Shown: one piece after another, positions 12,576 through 24,176 of the stretch
How the letters are laid out: the number at the start of each line of letters is the position of its first letter
Numbering within the stretch: position 1 is the first letter of the stretch
Source of the DNA: Guillardia theta CCMP2712
Lineage: Eukaryota > Protista > Cryptophyta
Assembly (NCBI RefSeq): GCF_000315625.1
Contig: NW_005434639.1
Span: 62,001-126,000, forward strand
Direction: 5' to 3'
DNA length: 64,000 nucleotides
Made by a program: the position numbers and the translations under genes
The notes under the pieces: generated by a model
Told to the model about the DNA's origin: nothing
Database searches by the model: none
The model's input: the letters and a program-made list of their open reading frames with translations, nothing else

Positions 12576-13008
12576 TGAGGACGAGGATCAGGATGAATGG
12601 ATGATCATCGGATGATGAGCGGCCGCAATGACTTCACCGCAGCAATGCCCGGTATGATTGGGCTAAGGAAAAGATGCCGAGAACAAGTGAGGAGGGGAAC
12701 GCGAGTACAACGACTCGGCTCTACATACATTACGTGACGCTCACCTCGCCAAGACCCTTCGGCTGCCTCCTCCTCCTGCTCCTCCTCTCTCGCATGCGAC
12801 ATCGTCCCCATCCGCCCCTCCTCCCTGCCCCTCCTGGACACGTACCCGCTGTCGTGCTGGTCTCGTCTCCCTCCCCCTCCCCCTCCCTGCCCTCGCCTTC
12901 ACATCAAGCCCTCGCAAGTGCAAGTACAGACAGCATTCGCTTCATTCCTATCGTACACACGCTCTATCTTACATAAGGCCCTCCGCCCTCCCCTCGCTAT
13001 CCTCCTAT

Positions 13009-13320
13009 CTACATCTTGTCCAGGCGTGCTCCGCTGCTCTTGTCGCTCCCCTGGGCTTGCCGCAGACTGGCGGCCGCTTTCGTCCTTGCTGCCAGGATGC
13101 TGTCTAGCGCCATGCCCTTGCCCGCTCTGTCCCCGCACGGTCTCGTCGCGACGTCGGGTGCGAGAGGGGACCTCGGCAGCCTGGCGGGCTTGCAGCTGGT
13201 GTACCAGACCTCCTGCTGGGGCAGAGAGATGAGCGGGGAGGGGCGCTGTCTGTCAGCAGGGGCGGGAGGCTTGCGGCAGGCTGGCTGATGGCAGAGGATG
13301 AAGGCGGCAGGCTGGCACAT
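13009..13320 (-). CDS. Small intronless protein, family copy A (103 aa, MCQPAAFILCHQ…GMALDSILAARTKAAASL…)
   Basis: The ORF is conserved in three near-identical copies and has TATAAA at 13364-13359. A diverged fourth paralog conserves this reading frame. Confidence 0.65.
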   Translation of the reverse strand: MCQPAAFILCHQPACRKPPAPADRQRPSPLISLPQQEVWYTSCKPARLPRSPLAPDVATRPCGDRAGKGMALDSILAARTKAAASLRQAQGSDKSSGARLDKM

Positions 13321-13358
13321 GTGCTGGTTGGTGAGGGGGAAGGGAGGGAGGGGAGCTG

Positions 13359-13364
13359 TTTATA
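13359..13364 (-). promoter_or_regulatory. TATA box of copy A
   Basis: TATAAA lies ~44 nt upstream of the ATG and is conserved in copies A, B and C. Confidence 0.55.
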
Positions 13365-13869
13365 GAGGGGAAGTCGAAGGCGGAGGTGTTTTACTACTAC
13401 GTATCCGAGGAGAAGGGAAAGGGAGTGTTTTCGAAAGCATATCCGCCGGTCATGGTTCAATGGCACACCGGCTGCTCCCGTGCCGGAGGCCCACGTTCAC
13501 CGTCACGGCGCCGCCGCCGCGTGAGGTGACTCAGTCATCGGGCCTCACTTCACTGAAGACAACCTGAGTGTCACGGTGCCGGGTTACTGTGACGGTCAGC
13601 CCCGCCCGGTCCGCCGCCGACGGGACCGTGGACCGTACGGACTCGCTAGCCGCTGAGCCTTTCTTTCATCTGGTGTTGTACCGTACGATAATCCGAGGCT
13701 GTGCTACGGTACTCATTTTGACTCGGAGTACTGGCGGCAGCGACGGCTAGGCTACTAGGCTACGAGTTCCATTGTCGGTCCTGGAGTCCCGGCGGGGGGC
13801 CGCGCGACGGCCGGGCCCGGCGCCCAAACCCGGTTGAACCGGCAGTCCGAGGCCAGGCTTCAAAGACTC

Positions 13870-13875
13870 TATAAA
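13870..13875 (+). promoter_or_regulatory. TATA box of copy B
   Basis: TATAAA lies 47 nt upstream of ATG 13917. Confidence 0.55.
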
Positions 13876-13916
13876 GACCTCCCCTCCCCTCCCCTTCCCC
13901 CCTCACCAACCAGCAC

Positions 13917-14228
13917 ATGTGCCAGCCTGCCGCCTTCATCCTCTGCCATCAGCCAGCCTGCCGCAAGCCTCCCGCCCCTGCTGACAGACAGCGCCCCTCC
14001 CCGCTCATCTCCCTGCCCCAGCAGGAGGTCTGGTACACCAGCTGCAAGCCCGCCAGGCAGCCGAGGTCCCCTCTCGCACCCGACGTCGCGACGAGACCGT
14101 GCGGGGACAGAGCGGGCAAGGGCATGGCGCTAGACAGCATCCTGGCAGCAAGGACGAAAGCGGCCGCCAGTCTGCGGCAGGCCCAGGGGAGCGACAAGAG
14201 CAGCGGAGCACGCCTGGACAAGATGTAG
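13917..14228 (+). CDS. Small intronless protein, family copy B (103 aa)
   Basis: Near-identical inverted copy of A (L->Q difference in ARLPR/ARQPR). Confidence 0.65.
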   Translation: MCQPAAFILCHQPACRKPPAPADRQRPSPLISLPQQEVWYTSCKPARQPRSPLAPDVATRPCGDRAGKGMALDSILAARTKAAASLRQAQGSDKSSGARLDKM

Positions 14229-14719
14229 ATAGGAGGATAGCGAGGGGAGGGCGGAGGGCCTTATGTAAGATAGAGCGTGTGTACGATAGGAATGAAGCGA
14301 ATGCTGTCTGTACTTGCACTTGCGAGGGCGTGATGTGAAGGCGAGGGCAGGGAGGGGGAGGGGGAGGGAGACGAGACCAGCACGACAGCGGGTACGTGTC
14401 CAGGAGGGGCAGGGAGGAGGGGCGGATGGGGACGATGTCGCATGCGAGAGAGGAGGGGGAGGAGGGAGCGGGAGGGTCAAGACGCTGGTGAGAGGACATA
14501 AGCGAGACAGCTGGACAGTTGCAGGACATGTTTTCCACGCTCACCCGGCATGACGCAACGTCATCAAGGGAAGAGAAAGATACAGGGCAAGCAGCGATCG
14601 ATTGTTGTGCTCATTCAATCATACATCTATACATCGTCAATAGACTTTTGTACATGTCGGTTGATGCCGGCCTTCTCACATTCATTGTACACCCTGGGTT
14701 GCTGTTTGTTCCCTTGTAT

Positions 14720-15025
14720 CTACAACTCCTTTGCTTGGCATCGAGCGTTTGCGAGTAGACTAGCCTGGACTTTCTTCCTTGCAGCCAGGATGCTCCCTAG
14801 TATCATTCCACTCCTGCACTGACCGTCGAGGCTCTTGGCCGGCTCAATAGGCATCTGACACCTCATCGATGCAGGCTTTTCACTTTCGTGCCAAGTCACT
14901 TTTTCAGGGAGAGACACCCACGTCGCTCGCCTCGCAGGTAAAGAAACGCTTTCTTCAAAGGCCCTCTTAACTCCCGCTGAGCTCTGCATGTCAGGAACTG
15001 TGCATACATCCTGGGATTTCCACAT
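14720..15025 (-). CDS. Small intronless protein, diverged family member D (101 aa, MWKSQDVC…)
   Basis: WVSLPEKVTWHESEKPA matches LISLPQQEVWYTSCKPA, and GMILGSILAARKKVQASL matches GMALDSILAARTKAAASL. Length is similar. Confidence 0.6.
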   Translation of the reverse strand: MWKSQDVCTVPDMQSSAGVKRAFEESVSLPARRATWVSLPEKVTWHESEKPASMRCQMPIEPAKSLDGQCRSGMILGSILAARKKVQASLLANARCQAKEL

Positions 15026-15750
15026 CGCGTTGGAGTATCCGCTTGTCACGGGTCGAGTGGAAAAAGGAGCTCGAGGAGAAGAGATGAGGAGTAAGGAGAA
15101 CAAATGGAGAGGTTTCTGCAAGGAAGGAGGAAGGGGCGGGGGCAGGTGCGGGGGTGGAATGGTCTGCCACCACAGTGAGAACGAGAAGGATGCTTGAAAG
15201 GTCGGGGGAGAAGGAGGAAGAGGAGTACTACCGACGAGAAGCGAGGGAGGGCAAGGTTTGTACAGGGCTCGATGTCCGAAGAAGGTGAAGAAGAAAAAAA
15301 ACTTAAAGGTAGAGCAGAAGGGTGGGGTAGTATTTGGTTGAAAAGGGGGTCCTGATCCTGCCAAGAAACGGAGTGGGGTGGGGTCTACATTGAAGAAGGC
15401 AGAAGCCTAGAAAGGGTGGGTGTGGAGAGGACTTTTAGATGGTGGGGTGGAGAGTTTAACTGCAGGGATATTTGACCGCCGGGGTGGTGTCCGAGTCCGA
15501 CTCAAGCGGGCCCGGGGGTCCGTCACTGACGTTTTAAAGCCACACACGTGAGCAGGATCCGGTATGGCTGAGGTGATTTGTACTGATAACTTTTAGTCAA
15601 GCCGCGTCCTTTAACTGCAGCGACCAGTCTACCTTCTCAGTCACGCTTCTGCCATGCCCCTCCCGGATAAGCTTTCGAAAACACTCCCTTTCCCTTCTCC
15701 TCGGATACGCAAAACACCTCCTTTCCTTCTGACGCCTTCGACCTCCCCTC

Positions 15751-15756
15751 TATAAA
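15751..15756 (+). promoter_or_regulatory. TATA box of copy C
   Basis: TATAAA lies 48 nt upstream of ATG 15799. Confidence 0.55.
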
Positions 15757-15798
15757 GACCTCCCCTCCCCTCCCCTTCCCCCCCTCACCAACCAGCAC

Positions 15799-16122
15799 AT
15801 GTGCCAGCCTGCCGCCTTCATCCTCTGCCATCAGCCAGCCTGCCGCAAGCCTCCCGCCCCTGCTGACAGACAGCGCCCCTCCCCGCTCATCTCTCTGCCC
15901 CAGCAGGAGGTCTGGTACACCAGCAGCAAGCCCGCCAGGCTGCCGAGGTCCCCTCTCGCACCCGATGTCGCGACGAGACCGTGCGGGGACAGAGCGGGCA
16001 AGGGCATGGCGCTAGACAGCATCCTGGCAGCAAGGACGAAAGCGGCCGCCAGTCTGCGGCAGGCCCAGGGGAGCGACAAGAGCAGCGGAGCACGCCTGGA
16101 CAAGATGCAGATAGGAGGATAG
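15799..16122 (+). CDS. Small intronless protein, family copy C (107 aa; stop TAG changed to CAG extends the C-terminus by QIGG)
   Basis: Near-identical to A and B; aagatgCag versus aagatgTag. Confidence 0.65.
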   Translation: MCQPAAFILCHQPACRKPPAPADRQRPSPLISLPQQEVWYTSSKPARLPRSPLAPDVATRPCGDRAGKGMALDSILAARTKAAASLRQAQGSDKSSGARLDKMQIGG

Positions 16123-16605
16123 CGAGGGGAGGGCGGAGGGCCTTATGTAAGATAGAGCGTGTGTACGATATGAATGAAGCGAATGCTGTCTGTACTTGCA
16201 CTTGCGAGGGCGTGATGTGAAGGCGAGGGCAGGGAGGGGGAGGGGGAGGGAGACGAGACCAGCACGACAGCGGGTACGTGTCCAGGAGGGGCAGGGAGGA
16301 GGGGCGGATGGGGACGATGTCGCATGCGAGAGAGGAGGGGGAGGAGGGAGCGGGAGGGTCAAGACGCTGGTGAGAGGACATAAGCGAGACAGCTGGACAG
16401 TTGCAGGTTAAGTGCAGGTATGTTGTCGGAACTACTCGGTGAGCAGAGCTTGACGTTACTCCCACATATGGTGGGTTTGATCTACCTGTATCCCCATCCT
16501 CCCCGTTCTCGCATCTTTTCCTTCAGCTCCATCATCGCAGATGCTCGTCATCGTCGCCATCATCGCTGGTTGCACTGCCAGGCCAGCTTGCCGTGTCACT
16601 TGCGA

Positions 16606-18402
16606 TCATAAGTTCAGTTGTCTGTGCAGCCGCCGAGCAATCTCCTCGTCTCTGCTGCAAGCAACATCGCGTTCGCTCCTGCCCTGGTCATCAGGAACCC
16701 ACAGCTGCTCCTCCCTGCCTCCATCCCACCTGGCCAACCTTTCCGCGAAGACAGTAGAGGAGGATTGCCTGTACAGATATTTGTGACGCGAAGACATCAG
16801 GAGCTTAGAAACCTTGATGATGCAGAGTGCGAGGTTAACTTTCGATTGAGGGATCCGAGCTGCTGCTGAGTCAGTTTATCTCTTCCCTTCCCCTACCTCT
16901 TTCCCCCTTTTGCCATTCTCCAACTAAAATCTTTCTGAATTCTTTTCTCCTTCCGAAGTTTCTCCTCTCCATCCTTCACTTGAGACATCGAAGTGTTCCC
17001 TGGCATCTCCGTCCCCAGTCCCTGCCTTGCCTATACTTCCCTCCTCTTCCCTCCCCTCCGACATCCTTCACCTTGAGAGCTCGGCAAATTTCATTGCACG
17101 TATGCGTCTCAATGAACCTGCAGGGAGACTCAGAAACCTGGTTGCATTTCAAACTCTTCTCCCCATTCCCCCCTCCTCTTATCGCACTCGCTGCTCGCAG
17201 CCACCAAACTCTAACTCCCTCCTTCTCACTTGTTGATCCCCTTCATGCCGCAGTTTCCTAGCCCATATCCTTTGCCATCTTTCGAATGGATCTCTTCGAC
17301 ATGTCAGATGATTCGTCTCTCCATCTCTCTTCTCACGAGGGTCAGTGAAGTAGTTCCCCACCCCCTGGATGTCGCATATGAGCAGCTCCCTCCTGCAAAA
17401 GCACGTGTCAACAAGACCAGGTGAAGAGAACAATCAGACAAAGAGGATAAGATTCGGATGCTGCAGCAGGGGCTGGAGCTAGAGGATGAGAACTCAAGGA
17501 CAAGAATGACAGACAGGTACAGATGAGAACAACAAGGACGAGGACGAGGACAAGGACGAGGACAAGGACGAGGACAAGGACGAGGACGCACCCAGAAGAT
17601 TCGAACGTAAAGTGGCTGAAAGCCTGCGGAGCTTTGAGGCTCGTCGTAACACTTCCATAGTTGTCGTTGTGTTTCACGTACTCCCCGCACATCACCTGAG
17701 CGTACAGTGACCGAAAGGACTCCCTCCATGGGAACTGGCTCAGACGACAAACACCAGGTGACCTACAGGTTCAGCCGTGCAAACCCTCCCATTCGAGAGC
17801 TCCAGCACGTAAGAAGGAACGAAGGCGATCTTCTCTCTGATGTTTGCAAGCTTGTTGAAGTCGTCAGCGTAACTCTGAGCGATCATGTTGAGCTTCGCGT
17901 CCTCATAGTACACCTCCTTGGCCTCCTTCGTCTTGTAAAACTTGGCGACCCATGGGCTCCTCGTTCCGTCCGCATCAATCTCCCACATTCTGTGCTGCAT
18001 CGCAATGCCATGATGAGCGGAGATCTTTGATCACATGCGGATCTCATGGAGATTTTTCACAAAATGGAAAACGATTACACGATGAAGGTCGACGAGACTA
18101 AGGGAACCAAGACGCAGCGCTGACGTTCAGATCGCAATAGTAACAAGGATGAAACTATGGTCAAGGAGGCATCGAGAACAGGGTGACAGGCTCAAAGATA
18201 AGAGGGCATAACAACTTTTCATCGGAGGGTGGGGAGCAAGTCGATGAGTAGAAGAAGGGTGAAGGAGGATGAACTTGTTTACCGCTCGTCTCATCCCTCC
18301 TTCCTCGAAACTCTCGTCTTCTATCTTCACTTCGACTTCACTCATCGTCCATTTCCCGCTCATCGACATCCAGCATCCTTTTCGCCCTCGGCACCTCGCC
18401 AT
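16606..18402 (-). CDS. Alpha-kinase (eEF2K/MHCK-type atypical Ser/Thr kinase), multi-exon
   Basis: Spliced motifs include FEEGGMRRA|HRM, WVAKFY, QSYADDFNK, AEP|VMCGEYVKHNDNYG, PQAFSHFTFESS, LLICDIQGVGNYFTDPQIHS, GYGLGNCGMKGI and FIETHTCNEICRAL. The C-terminus is DEEIARRLHRQLNL*. Confidence 0.92.
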
Positions 18403-19460
18403 GCCGTCGCTCTTGATCTCAAACCTTTAAATCACGTCTGCAGGATTCTGACCGGGAATTGTGCTGCCTATATTCTCTGTCAGCTAACTTATTTATTTGA
18501 GGAATATCTATTTAGCTATTCGCCTTCCCTGTGCGGCGACTGTTGTGGTTGTGAGCTGGTTCCATCCCCACAAGATTTACCACCCCACCCGCTTTTAAGG
18601 GGGTCTTAAGAGGTAATAAAGGGGGTTTGGAACCTGAAGGTAGTGGACAGCAAAAACAATATTGGAGTGCACCGGTGGGTGTAGAACAGAAGGATTCTGA
18701 GGGGGTGGGGTACTTATAACGGAACAAATGAAGGGTAGGGTTCATTCGAGTATAGGTATTTTGGAGGAAAGGTCTCTGAATCGACATGGGAAAATGGAGG
18801 GTGGGGTAATGAAGAGAGTTTGAAGATGGGGTAGGTTATGTATGCTTATGGGTAGGGTACACGTGCTTTAATGGGGTGTAGGGGGTGGGTGGGTGGGATG
18901 CTGTTGAATGGCAAACTGGCATTCACAGTATGGGTGGAAGGGTCGAGGGAGGAGGGAGGGGAGAGGAGAAGGTGAGGTGATGATGGGAGAAAATAGCATG
19001 GCAGTAGGACAAGAACTGTGCAGATGGAGTTGGCAGTTTCAGTGTTGTGAGCTGGAAATCGGTCGCAAGACGATCCTTGTTTACAAGGAGTACCAGGTCC
19101 CTGATCAGTATCATATACAGGACGAGAAGGAGTGTATAGGGGAGAAGAGGAAATCTTGCTCAAGCGGGTTACTTGAGATATCAGATAGCGCGGAGAGCAT
19201 TGGTGCCCACCTTTTTCTCGACAACAATTCATGACAACTGTGCTTGCACGCGCTGGCTACAACCTCCTAGTATCCGATCGTTTTCTCTATGAACTTTGGG
19301 AATGAGCTTCAAGGATTGGCATTCTGAAATATTTTGCAGATGAAGGCATAGAATCCCTTTGAAGATGCATCGGTGAGGCTAACCGTTCAGTCCCTGTGCA
19401 TTGGCCCACGAGCGTCGTCGGCGAGGTTGGTTGGATCTTGCTTCAGGTGGTGGATGGAAG

Positions 19461-22400
19461 ATGAGCCCGCTGCATGAACTTATCTTGCTCACGTGGAAGA
19501 ATTTGGAGAGACAAGTCTCTGGCAAAGCTGTCAATCACGGTGATGGCGCGGCAGGGAACCATGAGAGGGAGCCTGTCGTGCGCGCAGCAGAGGGCGACAT
19601 AGGCAGTAGCGACATTATCTCGGGGAACGCTGTGGATTACCTCCTTCATCCCCTTCCGCTGGATAGAGCAAACAAGCTGATAGAGACTCAGTTGATAGAC
19701 TACGTGACGGATGCGTTTGCCAACGATCCAGGAGAGGCATCGCCTACCAACTCAGTCGCTGGCCCCATGACAGGACGCAGTGGACCGCTTTGTGACTCCG
19801 CTGACTCACATCGGACCAAAGTAAATGGGGTACACAATGGAGCAAGACCCAAGGCAGCAGAGTGCTCCAGGGCAGATGGAGCTGGTTGTAAGAGCCAGAC
19901 TGACTTCTCGTCGAGCTCGAGCGAAGGCAGGGAAACCGTGTACAGCAATGGAGGCCAGTCGCTCCGAACGAGTTATGGAGGACTCATGGTGAACTTCGTG
20001 CGAGAGCACTCGAGCCTACTTAGGATTGTTGTCTTCATCTCCCTGTGCTACTCCTGTTGTGTACTGTTCCCCGCTCATCGCGCGAGCTCTGCCTTGACAG
20101 AAACATGTCGTGGTCGGAGTTGTCACCTGCTGACAGCGGTGCCGACTTGGAGCAACTACTCGGCAAGGCAGCTGGCGTTGCCGTTCAACCCCCTCTCAGA
20201 GAAGATGGAGGAGGTCAGGAACAACCCGCTGCAGCAGAACCTGACGGCGAAGGAGCATTGTGACTTGGTACAGCACAAGATCTCAAGCTGCAATGCCTTG
20301 AGAAGCATGCAGGCTACAGACCTTCTCCACCATCAAGGTTTGACTTGCTGGAACTGCGATCTGGTCGGAGCTTCGATGTTGTGCGAGAGACTGGGAGCTG
20401 GATGCCCGCCTTGTCAGGACAAGCTGCTGGTCCTCGCTCGCTCGAGCGCGAATGGCCTGCGATTGTTTCGCTCCATTTGCTCCCTTGGCCCCGCGCTCAC
20501 TTACCGGAGGAACTTCCTCAAGGGAAGATCGGGAGCCGTCAAGGAGCAGTGGAAGCTGAACTCGCGGTACCCTCACGGATATGGTGGGAGTGGGAGCAGC
20601 AGGAGCGAGCAGGGCAGCAACTCGTCTGCTCCTCCTCCTCCAGAGCCTGCAAAAGTAGCGACATTGCCAACTACCTTGATCACTGCCGTATGCCTGCTCT
20701 CTATGACCACCTGTTTCCTCCTCATGGCCAACAGACGATCTCCTCCTCCTCCTCCTCCTCTTCCTCCTGCCGCCGCCGCCGCCGCCGCCGCCGCTCGTAA
20801 CCTTGCAAGCTCCCCGCAACAGCAGCAAGGGGAGAGAGTCGTGGCAACGCCGAGATCTCCCAGGGGACCGAAACCGGCGCGTCCAAGACCCTCACCCTAC
20901 GTATCAGGAGGGAGGTCTCCCTCCTCCACCAGCTCCAGCCCGACCATGGGCGAGGAAGCGAAGTTCAGCCCGTGGGATGCGACACAGAAGGCCGCGGAGA
21001 GGATGCAGCGACCTGCCTCTAAGGATGACCGCAGCATGTTCACCAGCACTCCCCCGCCACAGCAGACTCCACCTCCACTACAAGGCTGTCCGCGCTTCCG
21101 ATCTCTGGCAGTCAAGAAAGCTGCTGAGGCGATCGCGGGGAAGTCTGACGACTGTGCTGATGCGAGCAGCAACAGGGAAGGAAATGTGGGCTTGCAGGAA
21201 GGCAACACCCCAGAAAAGATTGGTTGTCACAAGGACGCGGAGGAGAAGAGAGCTGGTTTTCACCGCTAGGCTCAAGCTGGTTGCTTGACGCGTGCAACTC
21301 TTCTGATTCAGCTCGTGCAAGGACGAAAAGACGACAACAGTAGAAATGACAAACAAGGAACGAGCGAGCAAAGCTCTCCTGAAGAAACTACTGCTGCTGA
21401 TTCTGCTCCTCCTACTCCTTCTGCTCCTGCGTCTTCTGGAGCATCGGTTGTTGAAGGTGTGTGTCGTTCCTGGATGAATCTTTCTTGACCTACCATCCAG
21501 GTGAAAGATCAAATCACCCGCAGAGCGGCACTGCTGGACAAGATGGTGGGGAAGTGCTGGAGGAGGAAGAGGCAGACGAGGAGGAAACAGCCCAGCATGA
21601 CGGGGGGAGCATCGGGCTCGCGTCAGACCTGCGCAAAGAGCAGGTGAGGAGCTCCGATGTGCGAGACTGAAAGTCCTGACGAGGCTCCCGTTGCAGGAGC
21701 GAAAGCCGATCGTGGGGAAGATCATGCTGAAGGGGAGGAAGGAGAAGAAGGACGGAGGGGCGATGCCAACCCCTGTCGATCTCTTCCAGTCACCCAGTCC
21801 TCGACCCTCCGCCTCGAGCTGTCAAAAGCTTCAACCGCCAGGTCAGGGCCGTGGAGGTTCAGAACCTGATATGACGGTGCCACCACCCCCTCCTCCCCCT
21901 CCCCCTCTCTCTTCCTCAACCGCTACGCTCCCCCGTCCTCCGCTGCCTCCGCCTCCTCCTCCGCCTCCTCCCTCTCTAGTCAAACCCGCCGCTGGGAAAG
22001 GCTCGGGGGTTGGCCCTCCCCCTCCTCCCCCTCCCCCTCCTCTTTCTGGTCCGGGACAGACCAAAGGTGGGGGAACCGCTTCTCCGATGCAGGACACAGG
22101 CAACAAGATCAGCAAGTCGTGGGATGTGATCCAAAAGTATCAGTTCATCACCAAGTGCATGAATGGGGAGGGGAGGGGGGAGAGCAGGAAGAAGGCTTCC
22201 AGCTCCAGGAAGAAGCTGGTGAAGTGTAAGAGCAGCCCCGAGAAGGAGCTGCTGAAAGAGGACGAGGCGTCAGGGTCCAAGGAGAGGAAGGAGCTAGTCA
22301 GGTCTCAGTCCATGTTGTCGGTCAAAGACGAGCTGGAGGGAAAGAGCACGTACATGAGACAGGTACTTCCGTCCTTCAGCCCGACTCCTCCTCCCCCTTC

Positions 22401-23636
22401 CCACTCCTTCTCCTCCTCCTCCTCCTCCTCCTCATTTCCCCTCTCCTCATGATCATCATCCCCCACTCCTCCTCCCCCTAATTCCTCCTCGTTCTCCACT
22501 TCCTCGCATGCATCCTCGTCTGAGCCCGAACAGGTTATGGAGGATCGCAAGATCTTCGGCGAGATGATAGAGGATCTCATCCCTCAAATCGAGGAGTTCG
22601 AGTCCGACGACTTCGAGGACCTGCAGCTGTTTGTTCAGGAGGTAACATGCTGTCCAACATAACTCTCCCCTCTCCCCTCCTTTCCTGCTTTCCCCCTCCT
22701 CCACCACCATCATGTGCTCTCCACCCCTGCGGTCCTACTCAACACTCGTCCCTCCTCGCTCCCCCTCTTCTCCACCCTCCCCTCCTCCCCCATCAGGTTC
22801 CCACCCCACTCCTCAATCCTTCTCCCTCCCCTTCCTCCCCCCCTCTCACTACCTACCACAACCCCCACTTCCGCTGAGCTCTTCCAGGTGGAGAAGCGTC
22901 TCTCCCTGCTCGTGGACGAGCGCATGGTCCTCAAAGGTTTCGCTGCATGGCCGGACAAGAGGATGGAGGTCCCCTTCCTCCTCCTGCCTCGCATGCTCAC
23001 GCTGAAACCATCCCGCAGGTGCTGCGGGAGGCGAACGGGAGGATGCAAGACTTGAAGCAGCTCAAGGCCGCCATGGATCCCTTCGGCTCTAAGTGGATCA
23101 AGAGGAGCTCGCTGGCCGACGAGCTGCAGGCCGTGGAGGACAAGTTCGCGTCGCTGCAGACCACAGGTGGAGATGCTGCCTGTCCGTCCTGCCGCTGACG
23201 CCTCCTGCCAGTCGAGTGGTACGCGAGAAGCGAGGAAGAGCTCAAGAAGAACTTCGCCAAGCACAGGGTTCCCTTCGACTTCCGCATCCTCCTGGAGCTC
23301 AAGGAGGTGGCCGTCTCCCTCGCCAAGTACAGCATGCAGCGGGTGCTTGGCGAGATCCGACCGGCGGGGATGGAGGGCAAGCAGGCATGCCATAGGATGC
23401 AGGTGAGATGCAGCATGACCCTTGACCGCTGCTGACGAGAGGAAGCAGATGCTGCTGCAGCATTCCATCAAAGTATCCTCACCTCTCTCAACCTCCTCTC
23501 CTCCCACTGACGTTCGTTCTTCTTGCAGTTCGCCTTTCGCTGCCACCAGTTTGCGGGAGGCTTCGACGAGGAAGCTTCAGCTCTGTTCGGACGCCTTCAT
23601 GACGAGTTCACTGCGATGATGCAGAGCGAGTCCTGA
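19461..23636 (+). CDS. CHUP1-like protein with two hydrophobic segments, a polyproline region and a CHUP1 C-terminal domain; the start is uncertain
   Basis: The spliced C-terminus reads DELEGKSTYMRQV…DLQLFVQEVEKRLSLLVDERMVLKGFAAWPDKRMEVLREA…KFAFRCHQFAGGFDEEASALF. This matches plant CHUP1 motifs (EIENRS, LVDERAVLK.F.WPE.K.DALREA, FAFRVHQFAGGFD). Poly-Pro lies at 21880-22040. Confidence 0.82.
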
Positions 23637-23981
23637 TGCTCGTCGACTTTTCCTCTCTCCCTCTCCCTCTCCCTCCCCCTCCCTCCCTCCCTCCCTCCCT
23701 CCCTCCTTCACTCTAACCCCATCCATCGCAATCCCAGCCTCTTCTTTCCCTCCCTCTATCCATCACTCGCTTTCCCTCCTTGTTTCTTCGTTTTTCCTTC
23801 CTTCATCCCTGTCTCTTTCTCTTGTTATTCTTTTCCCTTATTCATTGTCGGCACCTTGTGCCCCATCAGTCTTATTCTTTGTGTTCGATGTCACAAGTAA
23901 AAGATTTCGTGCTTCCTTCGGTTATTGATTCGCTTTTCACCATGCCTTCCTCCTCCTTTTGTCATCTTACCCTCCCCCTCC

Positions 23982-24081
23982 NNNNNNNNNNNNNNNNNNN
24001 NNNNNNNNNNNNNNNNNNNNNNNNNNNNNNNNNNNNNNNNNNNNNNNNNNNNNNNNNNNNNNNNNNNNNNNNNNNNNNNNN
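23982..24081. other. Assembly gap (100 N)
   Basis: Run of N. Confidence 1.
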
Positions 24082-24176
24082 CGTTCTCCGCCTCTACCTG
24101 CTCGCTCCCACTATCCATATTTTTTCACCCTCCGATGGTCACATGAACTAGTACCCCCATATTTTCGATAATATGC

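Larger units (their letters stand above)
12786..16407. repeat. Triplicated ~600-750 bp segment: A 12786-13447 (inverted), B 13867-14526, C 15664-16407
   Basis: Direct sequence comparison. The ORF track also shows identical alternative-frame translations at all three loci. Confidence 0.95.

Noticed and set aside
13016-13288. Antisense 90-aa ORF MSRRAPLLLSLPW… (signal-peptide-like), present in all three copies
   Set aside because: It is conserved only because the DNA is near-identical. TATA orientation and the diverged paralog D support the opposite strand.
12786-16407. TIR transposon or foldback element bounded by copies A and C
   Set aside because: There is no transposase and no evident target-site duplication. 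The repeated unit is a TATA+ORF+3' region with a protein-conserved diverged paralog, which is better explained as gene duplication.
21691-22452. Formin, suggested by the polyproline tract
   Set aside because: There are no FH2 motifs; the downstream exons match the CHUP1 C-terminal domain instead.
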